A DNA stretch of 64,000 bases, taken from NCBI GenBank assembly GCA_964496505.1, contig CAZBZV010000001.1:117209-181208 (forward strand), written 5' to 3'. Of the stretch, positions 28,432 to 37,523 are shown piece after piece. Under the pieces are notes generated by a model. The model was not told where the DNA came from. It made no database searches and saw only the letters and a list, made by a program, of their open reading frames with translations. This stretch comes from an uncultured Ignavibacteria bacterium. Lineage in GTDB: Bacteria > Zixibacteria > MSB-5A5 > JAABVY01. Numbering within the stretch: position 1 is the stretch's first letter; each line of letters starts with the position of its first letter. Position numbers and translations under genes: made by a program.

Positions 28432-29496
28432 TTGTCTAAGGATTCGGCGCAGGAGAAAACAGAACCCGCAACTCCGCGACGTAAACAGGAGGCGCGCAAA
28501 GAGGGCAAGGTCGCTCGGAGTCAGGAGACCTCGTCTGTGGCGATCCTTCTTTTCGGCGCGATCGCAATGTATTTCTTTTTGCCGGGGACGTTTTCCAAGC
28601 TCGGCAATCTTGCCAAACATCTTTATATCAATGCTCCCAAAATCGAGTTCACGGCCGAAACATTTTCATCGTTCTTCATCAGCATACTGGGCACCTTCGC
28701 ATCAGCAGCGGCGCCCATAATCTTCACAGTCGGAATAATCGCATTCGCAATAACATATATTCAGGTCGGGCCGCTGCTCTCGGCCAAAGCCATGGAACCC
28801 AAACTTGACAAGCTGAATGTTATCAAGGGCCTGGGACGGCTTTTCTCGGCCAAGTCACTTTTCCAGCTATTTCGTGATATGCTGAAGCTGGCAATCATTG
28901 GCCTGGTCGGATATTTCGCGATAACGGCCGAATTCAAAAAAGTTATTCCGCTGGCCGATTCGGATATTCTCGCAATTCTCCCCTTCATAGGCAAAGCGGC
29001 ATTTCGGGTGGTAATAAAGATCTGTCTGGTCATGATCGTGATTGCCGTATTGGATTTCTTCTACCAGAGATATGACTATGAGAAATCGCTGCGCATGTCC
29101 AAGCAGGAAATTAAAGAGGAGATGAAGCGCTTCGAGGGATCGCCGGAATTGAAGGGCAGAATCCGCAGGGTACAGCGCGAGATGGCCCAGGCGCGAATGA
29201 TGCAGGATGTGCCGGAATCCGATGTTGTGGTTACCAACCCGACTCATCTGGCCGTGGCCTTGAAGTATGACGCCGATACAATGAGCGCACCTACGGTGGT
29301 TGCCAAGGGACAGCGTCTGGTCGCCGAGAAGATCAAGGAGATCGCCCGCGAACATGATGTGCCTGTTGTGGAAAACAAGCCGCTGGCCAGAGCGCTGTTC
29401 AAAGCTGTCGATATCGGCATGACCATACCGGGCAACCTCTATAAGGCCGTAGCCGAGATTCTGGCCTATGTCTACAGATTGAAAGGAAAGGCATAA
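28432..29496 (+). CDS. flhB: flagellar export switch protein FlhB
   Basis: 'EKTEPATPRRKQEARKEGKVARSQE' N-terminus and NPTH autocleavage site 'VVTNPTHLAVALKY'; TTG start. Confidence 0.95.
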   Translation: MSKDSAQEKTEPATPRRKQEARKEGKVARSQETSSVAILLFGAIAMYFFLPGTFSKLGNLAKHLYINAPKIEFTAETFSSFFISILGTFASAAAPIIFTVGIIAFAITYIQVGPLLSAKAMEPKLDKLNVIKGLGRLFSAKSLFQLFRDMLKLAIIGLVGYFAITAEFKKVIPLADSDILAILPFIGKAAFRVVIKICLVMIVIAVLDFFYQRYDYEKSLRMSKQEIKEEMKRFEGSPELKGRIRRVQREMAQARMMQDVPESDVVVTNPTHLAVALKYDADTMSAPTVVAKGQRLVAEKIKEIAREHDVPVVENKPLARALFKAVDIGMTIPGNLYKAVAEILAYVYRLKGKA

Positions 29497-29501
29497 TATA
29501 A

Positions 29502-31589
29502 ATGGCTAAGAAGCAATCCGGATCAATCGTCAAAAAACTTCTGTCACAGTCCGATCTCGTGATGGCAATGGCTGTGGTTGGAATCATCCTGATTCTGGTT
29601 ATTCCGACCAGCCCGGCTCTTCTGGATATTCTAATCAGCTTCAATATATCCTTCGCCCTGGTCATTATGCTGACCACGCTGTATATCTCCCGGCCGCTGG
29701 AATTATCGGTCTTTCCGGGATTACTTCTGGTGGTCACGCTATTGCGCCTGGCCTTGAACGTGGCCTCAACGAGGTTGATTCTGGGAGATGCATACGCCGG
29801 AGATGTGATTTACGCCTTCGGAAATTTTGTGGTCAAGGGCAATTATGTCGTCGGATTAATTATCTTCCTGATTCTGGTAATCATCCAGTTCGTGGTGATT
29901 ACCAAGGGCGCCACGCGTATTTCCGAGGTGGCCGCACGCTTCACATTGGACGCCATGCCCGGTAAACAGATGGCAATCGATGCCGACCTGAACGCGGGAC
30001 TGATCGATGAGAGGCAGGCGCTCAATCGCCGTGAAGTGATTACAAAAGAAGCGGATTTCTACGGGGCTATGGACGGCGCCTCGAAATTCGTACGAGGCGA
30101 TGCTATTGCGGGAATAATCATAACATTGATAAATATAATAGGCGGCTTCATCATCGGCGCTCTCCAGCGCGGGATGAGTATGACCGAAGCGCTTTCTACA
30201 TATACCCTTCTTACGGTCGGTGATGGTCTTGTTACGCAGATTCCGGCCCTGATAGTCTCAACCTCGGCCGGCATCCTGGTGACACGTGCCGCCGCCAGTT
30301 CCAGCCTCGGTCATGATCTGGTGGAACAACTTTCATTCAGACCCCGGGCTGTGCTATCTGCGGCTGGTATCATGTTCATATTCGCGATCATGCCCGGTCT
30401 GCCGACAGTGCCGTTTGGGGTTCTCGGTACGATTATAGGCAGTTTCGGATTCGTGCTTCTGCGCCAGGAAAAGGCTCAGAAGAAAGAGCAGGAGGAGGAA
30501 GAGGATGTTCATAAGCCCAGTGATGATGCTCCGCCAGAAGCGCAGGCCGAAGATTTCCTGCGTTTGGATACCCTGGAAATAGAAATCGGTTACGGCCTCA
30601 TACCGTTGGTCGATACCGAGCAGGGCGGTGATTTACTCGACCGCGTGGGCATGATACGCCGCCAGCTGGCAGCCGACATGGGTATGATAGTGCCGCCGAT
30701 AAGAATTCGCGATAACATACAGCTTAAACCGAATCAGTATGTGGTCAAGCTCAAAGGCGTTCAGATAGACAGCTATGAGCTGATGATCGATCATCTGCTG
30801 GCTATCAATTCCGGTGTAGTTGATGATGATATAGATGGCTTCAAGACTACCGATCCCGCCTTTGGCCTGAACGCTAAATGGATCATCGCGAATTACAAGG
30901 AGATGGCCGAGATGAAAGGCTATACGGTGGTTGAACCGGCCGCTGTTATCGCAACTCATCTGACCGAAGTCGTAAAGAATCATGCCGCCGAAATCCTCAC
31001 ACGACAGGATGTCCAGAATTTGCTGGAAGTCGCAAAGAAAGAATATCCGGCGGTGGTGGAGGAGACGATTCCGGATGTTGTCGGTCTCGGTGTTTTGCAA
31101 AAGGTTCTTCAGAATCTGCTGATGGAAAAGATTCCAATCAAGGATATGCAGACCATTCTGGAGACTTTGAACGATTACGGGCCTCAGACCAAGGACGCCG
31201 ATCTTCTGGCGGAGTACTGCCGCTATTCTATGCGCAGGATTCTTACCAATATGTATCTCAATCCCGACGGCAAGATCAATGTCTTTACGCTCGATCCCAA
31301 CCTGGAAAAGAGCCTGGCGGATTCAGTCAATGTCCAGCAGCACGGTCTGACTCTGATTGTTCCGCCGGAGCTGGCTGAAAAGCTGACGATAGCTGTAGCC
31401 AAGGAGGCGGAGAAAATAATCAAGACAGGCGAGCTCCCGATCTGCCTGGTGGCGGCCAATCTGAGACGGGCGCTGTGGAAATTCCTCAATTCAAGCATAA
31501 GACAACTGGCAGTCCTGTCTTATAACGAAATTTTACCTGACGTCGAAGTTCATTCAGTCGGAATAGTGGAGATAGAAAATGCTGATTAA
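29502..31589 (+). CDS. flhA: flagellar export gate protein FlhA
   Basis: 695 aa; conserved 'FVRGDAIAGIIITLINIIGG' FHIPEP region. Confidence 0.95.
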   Translation: MAKKQSGSIVKKLLSQSDLVMAMAVVGIILILVIPTSPALLDILISFNISFALVIMLTTLYISRPLELSVFPGLLLVVTLLRLALNVASTRLILGDAYAGDVIYAFGNFVVKGNYVVGLIIFLILVIIQFVVITKGATRISEVAARFTLDAMPGKQMAIDADLNAGLIDERQALNRREVITKEADFYGAMDGASKFVRGDAIAGIIITLINIIGGFIIGALQRGMSMTEALSTYTLLTVGDGLVTQIPALIVSTSAGILVTRAAASSSLGHDLVEQLSFRPRAVLSAAGIMFIFAIMPGLPTVPFGVLGTIIGSFGFVLLRQEKAQKKEQEEEEDVHKPSDDAPPEAQAEDFLRLDTLEIEIGYGLIPLVDTEQGGDLLDRVGMIRRQLAADMGMIVPPIRIRDNIQLKPNQYVVKLKGVQIDSYELMIDHLLAINSGVVDDDIDGFKTTDPAFGLNAKWIIANYKEMAEMKGYTVVEPAAVIATHLTEVVKNHAAEILTRQDVQNLLEVAKKEYPAVVEETIPDVVGLGVLQKVLQNLLMEKIPIKDMQTILETLNDYGPQTKDADLLAEYCRYSMRRILTNMYLNPDGKINVFTLDPNLEKSLADSVNVQQHGLTLIVPPELAEKLTIAVAKEAEKIIKTGELPICLVAANLRRALWKFLNSSIRQLAVLSYNEILPDVEVHSVGIVEIENAD

Positions 31590-32703
31590 AAACTTTCAGG
31601 CAGACTCGATGCATGAGGCCATGAAACGGGTCAAGCAGGAATTCGGCACCGATGCCGTTATCCTCAATTCACAGGTAATCGAGGAGAAAGGCGTGCCCGG
31701 TTCGAAGCCCAAAAAGCGTTTCGAGATCACTGCCGGCAAGGACGTTCCCACGGGAAGCCGCATGACCGGCACTCAGGCGCCCTCGGCAAGATCTGAATCG
31801 CCAAGGCTGTCGGTCGAGGAGAAGAGGCTTATCGGGGATGTGGGTTTGGTGATACGGCGCTTCGAGAAGGAGCTGAATTATCTGGTACACACCCAGAAGG
31901 AAATCCGCGCCCTTTTGAAGACTCCGGCGGAGGCAAAATCACTCTGCGCCCATCTCGAGATGCATGACTTCGAAAAAGACCTGATTGCCCAAATCTTCAA
32001 CGATATTTCAGGCAAATCCGAAAACTCCGACGATCTGGAACAGATCCGGGCCGCACTTTTGCGCAACTGCGTGAATCCCCAGCCGATCAAGATGTTTGCC
32101 TCTGGGCTTAACAAGGCGGTCTTCGTGGGTCCTCCGGGATCGGGCAAGAGCGCGCTTCTGTCGAAGATTGCAACCAACTTCGTCTTCAAGCGCGGTATCA
32201 AGACCACGCTGGTGAATATGGACGACTATCAGCCCTTTGCCGGCAAGAGCCTTTCCGCCTATGCGGACATCCTCAAAATACCCTGCCATGAAGGCACCGA
32301 ATGGAGCGAGCCTCGTATCCTCGACGACTTCCATGTGATACTGGCCGATACCAAAGGCATACCGATTGGCGCCAAAGATGATCTCGAGCAACTGCAGGTT
32401 CAGCTCGAAAAATTCAACCCGGATGAGATTCATCTGGTGCTTCCGGCCTACTGTCTCTGGCGCGAAGCCTCCCGCTGGCTGGAATTCTTTGCGCCGCTGG
32501 GTCTGACTCAGATAGCGGTAACATTCCTGGATCAGACCGAATCCTATGGACTGCCGTTCAACCTGGCCGGGCATAAATCGCATAAGCTCTCCTATTTCAG
32601 CTGGGGCCGGAACAAGGCTTCTCTGGTTGAAGAGGCCGATCTGTTTTCACTTTCAAACAGGATTTTTGAAAATGTGGAGGATTTCGATGTTCAGTTCGCT
32701 TAA
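31579..32703 (+). CDS. flhF: flagellar SRP-like GTPase FlhF
   Basis: FlhF N-terminus 'MHEAMKRVKQEFGTDAVIL'; G-domain 'VFVGPPGSGKSALLSKIA...DTKG'. Confidence 0.8.
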   Translation: MLIKNFQADSMHEAMKRVKQEFGTDAVILNSQVIEEKGVPGSKPKKRFEITAGKDVPTGSRMTGTQAPSARSESPRLSVEEKRLIGDVGLVIRRFEKELNYLVHTQKEIRALLKTPAEAKSLCAHLEMHDFEKDLIAQIFNDISGKSENSDDLEQIRAALLRNCVNPQPIKMFASGLNKAVFVGPPGSGKSALLSKIATNFVFKRGIKTTLVNMDDYQPFAGKSLSAYADILKIPCHEGTEWSEPRILDDFHVILADTKGIPIGAKDDLEQLQVQLEKFNPDEIHLVLPAYCLWREASRWLEFFAPLGLTQIAVTFLDQTESYGLPFNLAGHKSHKLSYFSWGRNKASLVEEADLFSLSNRIFENVEDFDVQFA

Positions 32704-33628
32704 TGCAAGATTCAACATTCCTCCCATTATCTCAGTCGCATCCGGCAAGGGAGGAGTAGGCAAATCACTTCTCTCGGTATCGCTCTCCGCCCTGCTGTCG
32801 GAAAAAGGATTCAGGGTACTTCTGATCGACGCCGCTCTGGGACTGGGCAATCTGCATATAATGACAAACAGCATCCCGGTCGGGACTCTTGAAGATATCT
32901 TCGAGAATAACTGCGAGGTCAGGGACGCTGTTTTGAATATCAGTGAAAACCTTGACCTGATACCGTCAGCATCCGGAATCAGAACAAACAACCGCAATAT
33001 CGACGAGAACAGGCTGCGGGTCAAACTTGCCGGGCTTAAGAGTGAATACGATTTGATAATCCTCGACACACCCAGCGGAATTTCGGACAGGAGCCTCAGA
33101 TTTATCGCGCTCGCCGATGCCCTGATCCTGATAGTTACTCCCGAGCTGGGCTCGCTTGCGGACGGTTACGCTGTGCTGAAGCTGATCAATTCCGAGCAGC
33201 AAAACAGAGAATGCATGCTGATGGTAAATATGTCCCGGTCCGCGAGTGAGGGCAAATCCACTGCCGAGAAATTCGCGGAAATGACTAAACGGTTTCTGAG
33301 TTTAAAATTGAAACATATCGGCTGGCTGCCGGAGGACTCGAAGATAAAAAAGGTCCTCATGCGCCAGAATATATTGAACAGTCAGAGGGAGGATTGTCCT
33401 TTCTTTGAACATTTGCACGAAGCAGTGCAATATATTTTCCCCGATCTCGTAAAACATGAGGTTAAGGGCAAAGACAAAAGCAGGGGTAAGATAAATTCTG
33501 ATTTTATGTTAAGTTCTCCGTCGCCACTGACCGATAGAAGTAATGGTATTCCACGTGCGGGGGAACTTGAGAACAACATCGTAAACACAAATGTCAAAGC
33601 TCAAGGGAAGACTCTTTATGAAAGCTAA
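32687..33628 (+). CDS. flhG: MinD/ParA-family flagellar number regulator FlhG (YlxH/FleN)
   Basis: Deviant Walker A 'SGKGGVGKS'; start placed at ATG 32687 with GGAGG RBS, overlapping flhF end. Confidence 0.85.
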   Translation: MFSSLNARFNIPPIISVASGKGGVGKSLLSVSLSALLSEKGFRVLLIDAALGLGNLHIMTNSIPVGTLEDIFENNCEVRDAVLNISENLDLIPSASGIRTNNRNIDENRLRVKLAGLKSEYDLIILDTPSGISDRSLRFIALADALILIVTPELGSLADGYAVLKLINSEQQNRECMLMVNMSRSASEGKSTAEKFAEMTKRFLSLKLKHIGWLPEDSKIKKVLMRQNILNSQREDCPFFEHLHEAVQYIFPDLVKHEVKGKDKSRGKINSDFMLSSPSPLTDRSNGIPRAGELENNIVNTNVKAQGKTLYES

Positions 33629-34382
33629 GGATGCGATCTGGGAGGCATACCGAAAGGAATGCGCGCCCGAAATCAGGGAAGAGCTGCTGTCGCAGTATTT
33701 GCCGCTGGTGAGAAATGTCGCCAGCCGCATGGCGATTGGGTTTCCAAAATCGGTTGAGGTTGGTGACCTGGTCAATACCGGAGTCATCGGTTTGATTGAG
33801 GCATTCAGGAACTTCGATCCCGAAAGGGGCGTCAAGTTCGAAACCTATGCTGTTCCCAGAATCCGGGGAGCTATCCTCGATGAGTTGAGGTCGCTGGATT
33901 GGGTTCCGCGGTCAACACGTGCCAGAGCCAGGGAGATAGAAAGAGCCCTCGTCAGATTAGAGGGAAAATTAGGCAGAGCTCCCAGTGATCTGGAACTGGC
34001 CGGAGAACTCAATTATGAACTCAACGATCTGTATAAGGCTTTGGACGATTCCAACTGCACCGTGCTTTTGTCCCTGGACGAAATGATCTATCGCGAGGAT
34101 GACAATCGTCAGGTGCCCAGAGTTGAAACGGTCAAGGCCGAATCGAAAGAGTCGGTGCTCAATGATCTCGAAAAGCAGGAGATGCGTGCGTATCTGACAA
34201 TCGCAATTTCGAATCTAACCGAGCAGGAGAAGCTTGTTATTGCTCTTTATTATTACGAAGAATTAACCTTGAAGGAAATCGGCGAAGTTATGTCGATCTC
34301 CGAGTCGCGAGTCTCACAAATTCACACCAAGGCGGTATTGAAACTCAGAGGAATGGTGAGAGAAAAATTCGCGCTCACTTAA
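33591..34382 (+). CDS. fliA: flagellar sigma factor sigma-28 (FliA/SigD)
   Basis: Region 2 'LIEAFRNFDPERGVKFETYAVPRIRGAILDELR' and region 4 'LTLKEIGEVMSISESRVSQIHTKAVLKLR'. Confidence 0.9.
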   Translation: MSKLKGRLFMKAKDAIWEAYRKECAPEIREELLSQYLPLVRNVASRMAIGFPKSVEVGDLVNTGVIGLIEAFRNFDPERGVKFETYAVPRIRGAILDELRSLDWVPRSTRARAREIERALVRLEGKLGRAPSDLELAGELNYELNDLYKALDDSNCTVLLSLDEMIYREDDNRQVPRVETVKAESKESVLNDLEKQEMRAYLTIAISNLTEQEKLVIALYYYEELTLKEIGEVMSISESRVSQIHTKAVLKLRGMVREKFALT

Positions 34383-34395
34383 AACGCGGGAGTGA

Positions 34396-34686
34396 GTGAT
34401 GGTCCGTGCAATAGAACTGGCGGACTTGCTGGCAAAAACAACTGCGGCCGAGAAGGTGACGCAGATCGAAAAAGCCTCTCCGGATGTGGCACAGAGGCAG
34501 TTTGCCGCTGAGCTTGAGGAGAAGAAAGCCGAACGCCGGCAGAAGTCTGTGCCTACCTCGAAAACCGATGAGGCCATCATTCATCGCGATCAACATGGCA
34601 AGGATAAAGAGGGCCAGCAAAAGAAAAAAAAGAAGGAGCAGGATAAGAAGAAGAAAGAGTCTATGAGCATAGATATCAAGGCATAG
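34396..34686 (+). CDS. hypothetical small protein with poly-Lys/Glu C-terminal tail
   Basis: 96-aa ORF immediately after fliA; no family recognised. Confidence 0.4.
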   Translation: MMVRAIELADLLAKTTAAEKVTQIEKASPDVAQRQFAAELEEKKAERRQKSVPTSKTDEAIIHRDQHGKDKEGQQKKKKKEQDKKKKESMSIDIKA

Positions 34687-34762
34687 GAAATATCAGGACA
34701 AGCATTACCGGGAAGCTGGCGCAATTCGCCGGATTGGATAAAGTCCCGGTAATTGCAGGACT

Positions 34763-37501
34763 ATGGGAAAGGATTGGATGATGTCCAGGCAACTCGGTAA
34801 ACCGGGGCAGAGATACGGGACAAAGAGAAGAAATACAGCAGATGAATCCAAAAGGGGAGCTAAGAAAAGAGTTTATGGGAAGATAAGACAGTTAAATGAT
34901 TCAAGAGATCCATTAAGTCACAGTCCCTATCCGCCCAGAACCGGGAGAGAAAGTCTCCAAAACCACGAGGCCAAGAGCCGGAATTTGAATAGCGTCTCCG
35001 AATTAAAGAGACGCTTTGGAAAAAGAAATGACGTCTATGGCAGGAAGTCCGTCTATGCCCACAATGATATTTCCTGCTCCCCCGCCGCCCATGAAAATGC
35101 CGAGCACATCCTATCTGCGAAACTCGACAGGCCCTGGATCGAATCATCCTGCAACAGCGATCCGGATTCGGCACAGGTTGAACGGCAAATCAAACCCCTG
35201 AATCCCAATTCAAATGCCAAAGACATTCCCGCAGCATTATCGGATCCTGAGGCCAAACAGTCCCCGAGCCGTAAGAAAAGCAAAACCAGAACCGGAAGCA
35301 AAGCTAAAAACAGCACCACGAAAAATCAATCGGAAATAGAGTTTGTCGGCGAGACCAGAAATGAAACAGAGGATATTCCCCGTAATGACATTTTCGATAA
35401 TGAAGTTCAGGATCATCTCGATACACTTGAGACTCATATCGATGCCGTATTCGATGATGGAGAAATTACAAAAGAACATACTCCCGAGGCCGAAACAACC
35501 GAAAAAGCAACGCCGCCCGCGCGAAAAATTACATTATTCAGGCCGCCGGAAATTTCCAGAAAAGACAGAGGGGATGATAAGGCAGACCAGGAACAAATCT
35601 CCTTCGATGATGATCTTCGGGAATTTATAAATACAATCCTTACTCCCGGCAGCACCAAGGAACAAGCAGTTTCAGATGAGCGGATATCGGCATCTAAAGC
35701 CGCTCCCTCGATAGAGAAAAAGTCCGAGATACCCGAAAAAGTCGAGACTGTAAGTGCTGAGACAGAAAGCAGTGATCCTGTACTCTCATCGGCTGAGGCA
35801 GTTTCAGTAAGCCCCTCAGGCATTGCCACTGAGACAGCATCTGAAAATGTCGAACCACAGGCATTGTCTGAGTCAGTGACAGCGGTGCTGGAAGAAGAAG
35901 TCCACAGCCCTCAGGATTCCGGTGAACGCCTGAGATTTGAAATAGCCGAGATAGAGGAGAGGCCGGATGAATCGGATGCTCCTGATGAGAACGATGCAAA
36001 TCGAATTAGACAATTCGATACAAGTGCGGAAGAGGCCAGGGAGATAATCCCCGAAAACGAGTCCGAGACGGAAGAAAACCAATCCATGGAATCGCCAGAC
36101 GATGAAAAAAAGATTGATAGGGAGGATGCGCAGGAAGCTGAAAAAGAACCGCCTAAGAAAGCCGGCAAATCGAAAATCGTGCTGCTGCGTTCCTCGGAAG
36201 AAATTCGTCCCCAGATTGCCAAACCGGATCTCTCGAAACGTCATCAGCGTCCTGATCGCCCCTGGAGCCTGGATGTCGATATCGCTCTTCGTGAGCTAAT
36301 GGGAGATATCCCCCGTAATACAAAGATATCGCTGGAGCAGATGGCCCTGGCATGGAAGCGCGGATACGAATCATATTTCTCAAGACCGTTAACCGACAGC
36401 AGGTTTCCATACCTCTGGGCGGATGTAAAACAGATAAAGTTCGGCAGCAATTTCAATAGAAATTATCTTAGTATAGTAGGCGTCAATCTGAGCGGTGAAC
36501 GCAAACTCCTGGCGCTTTCTGAGGCTGAGACAAATTCCCCGGAAATCTGGCATATGCTTCTGAGACGTCTTGAGCGCTGTGATCTCGGCAATCCCAGACT
36601 GTTCGTGGGCAGGGCAGATCTGCCTTTATGGGATGTGTTGCCGCAGGTCTTTCCACGGACTGAGATTCAGTTCTGCTGGAATGATTTCAAAGTGAATATG
36701 CTCGAACAGTTCCCTAAGGAGTTTTCAGATCAAGTCGAGTCGCGGCTTCTGAAAATACAGTTTGCCGAGAGCAGAGAATCCGCCGAAGACTGGATCGATT
36801 ATTTCAAGAACAGTTTCGGAAAGAAATATCCCCGAGCTGTTACCGACTTGCTGAAAAATAAAAACAACCTTCTAAGCTATCTTTCCTTCCCGCGCAGGCA
36901 CTGGCGCAATTTACGCACCGATGGTTTCATCGGCCCCTGGTATCCTTCCCGAGCACTTCTGGAAACGGTCTGCAAATACGAGCCGATGAAGGATGTTACT
37001 CTTTATCTGGTATTCAATTACCTTATCCGGTCCCAGCCCGACTGGCCCCGACTGAAAGGGCGGCGTGCGTTGAGGAATGCCCGGAAGGGCAGGAAATTCA
37101 TTAATGGCAAACAAGTAAGCCGCCGAAAGCTGAAAAAAATCAACTCCTCTGCCGATAAAGAAACTAAGGACAGCCATTTTGGCATTTTGAAAAAATGGTA
37201 CTCAAGAGCCTTGAAGCTGATTGCCGGTAAGCCAAAGAAATCCAAAAAGTTTCACTCTAAACCGGCGATCGACAAAAGAAAATCGGCTCAGAAAACGCCG
37301 GATACGGGAAGAGAGTTGCTGGAAAAAGGCCTGATGGAGAGATGGCGCAAAAAGACTGGAGCGGGAAATGGTAGGAAGGCAGCCCCGCAATCCGCTAAGT
37401 CGAAATCAAACAGGTTCACACCCGGTAAGGATGCCGATAAGAAACAGCTTTCAGGTATGGAGCGCGAGCTTCTTGAGGATTTGAGGTCTGAAAAAGTATG
37501 A
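34763..37501 (+). CDS. 912-aa protein: ~500-aa acidic/disordered N-region + C-terminal Mutator/IS256-family transposase core domain lacking the catalytic Glu
   Basis: Residues ~510-800 align motif-by-motif with IS256 Tnp. 'PYLWADVKQIKF' ~ YLxxDGIYxKVR. 'VGVNLSGERKLLAL...SPEIWHMLLRRLERCDLGNPRLFVGRADLPLW...VFPRTEIQFCWNDFKVNMLEQ' ~ IGID.DG.KEVLG...ES.EFW..FL.DLK.RGL..V.LVVSDG..GL..A...VFP.A..QRC.VHLVRN. 'KYPRAVTDLLKNKNNLLSYLSFPRRHWRNLRTDGFIG' ~ KYP.......NW..LL.FF.FP..IRR.IYTTNAIES. D1 and D2 are retained; E of TTNAIES is replaced by RTDGFIG. No terminal IRs seen. Confidence 0.7.
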   Translation: MGKDWMMSRQLGKPGQRYGTKRRNTADESKRGAKKRVYGKIRQLNDSRDPLSHSPYPPRTGRESLQNHEAKSRNLNSVSELKRRFGKRNDVYGRKSVYAHNDISCSPAAHENAEHILSAKLDRPWIESSCNSDPDSAQVERQIKPLNPNSNAKDIPAALSDPEAKQSPSRKKSKTRTGSKAKNSTTKNQSEIEFVGETRNETEDIPRNDIFDNEVQDHLDTLETHIDAVFDDGEITKEHTPEAETTEKATPPARKITLFRPPEISRKDRGDDKADQEQISFDDDLREFINTILTPGSTKEQAVSDERISASKAAPSIEKKSEIPEKVETVSAETESSDPVLSSAEAVSVSPSGIATETASENVEPQALSESVTAVLEEEVHSPQDSGERLRFEIAEIEERPDESDAPDENDANRIRQFDTSAEEAREIIPENESETEENQSMESPDDEKKIDREDAQEAEKEPPKKAGKSKIVLLRSSEEIRPQIAKPDLSKRHQRPDRPWSLDVDIALRELMGDIPRNTKISLEQMALAWKRGYESYFSRPLTDSRFPYLWADVKQIKFGSNFNRNYLSIVGVNLSGERKLLALSEAETNSPEIWHMLLRRLERCDLGNPRLFVGRADLPLWDVLPQVFPRTEIQFCWNDFKVNMLEQFPKEFSDQVESRLLKIQFAESRESAEDWIDYFKNSFGKKYPRAVTDLLKNKNNLLSYLSFPRRHWRNLRTDGFIGPWYPSRALLETVCKYEPMKDVTLYLVFNYLIRSQPDWPRLKGRRALRNARKGRKFINGKQVSRRKLKKINSSADKETKDSHFGILKKWYSRALKLIAGKPKKSKKFHSKPAIDKRKSAQKTPDTGRELLEKGLMERWRKKTGAGNGRKAAPQSAKSKSNRFTPGKDADKKQLSGMERELLEDLRSEKV

Positions 37502-37523
37502 ATGGGAGATTGTAGAGGAAATC

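Noticed and set aside
36270-37200. Active IS256-family insertion sequence
   Set aside because: The transposase-like segment lacks the third catalytic residue and the N-terminal DNA-binding region, and is fused in-frame to 500 aa of unrelated sequence. No terminal inverted repeats or target duplications were found, so it was interpreted as a domesticated domain rather than a mobile element.
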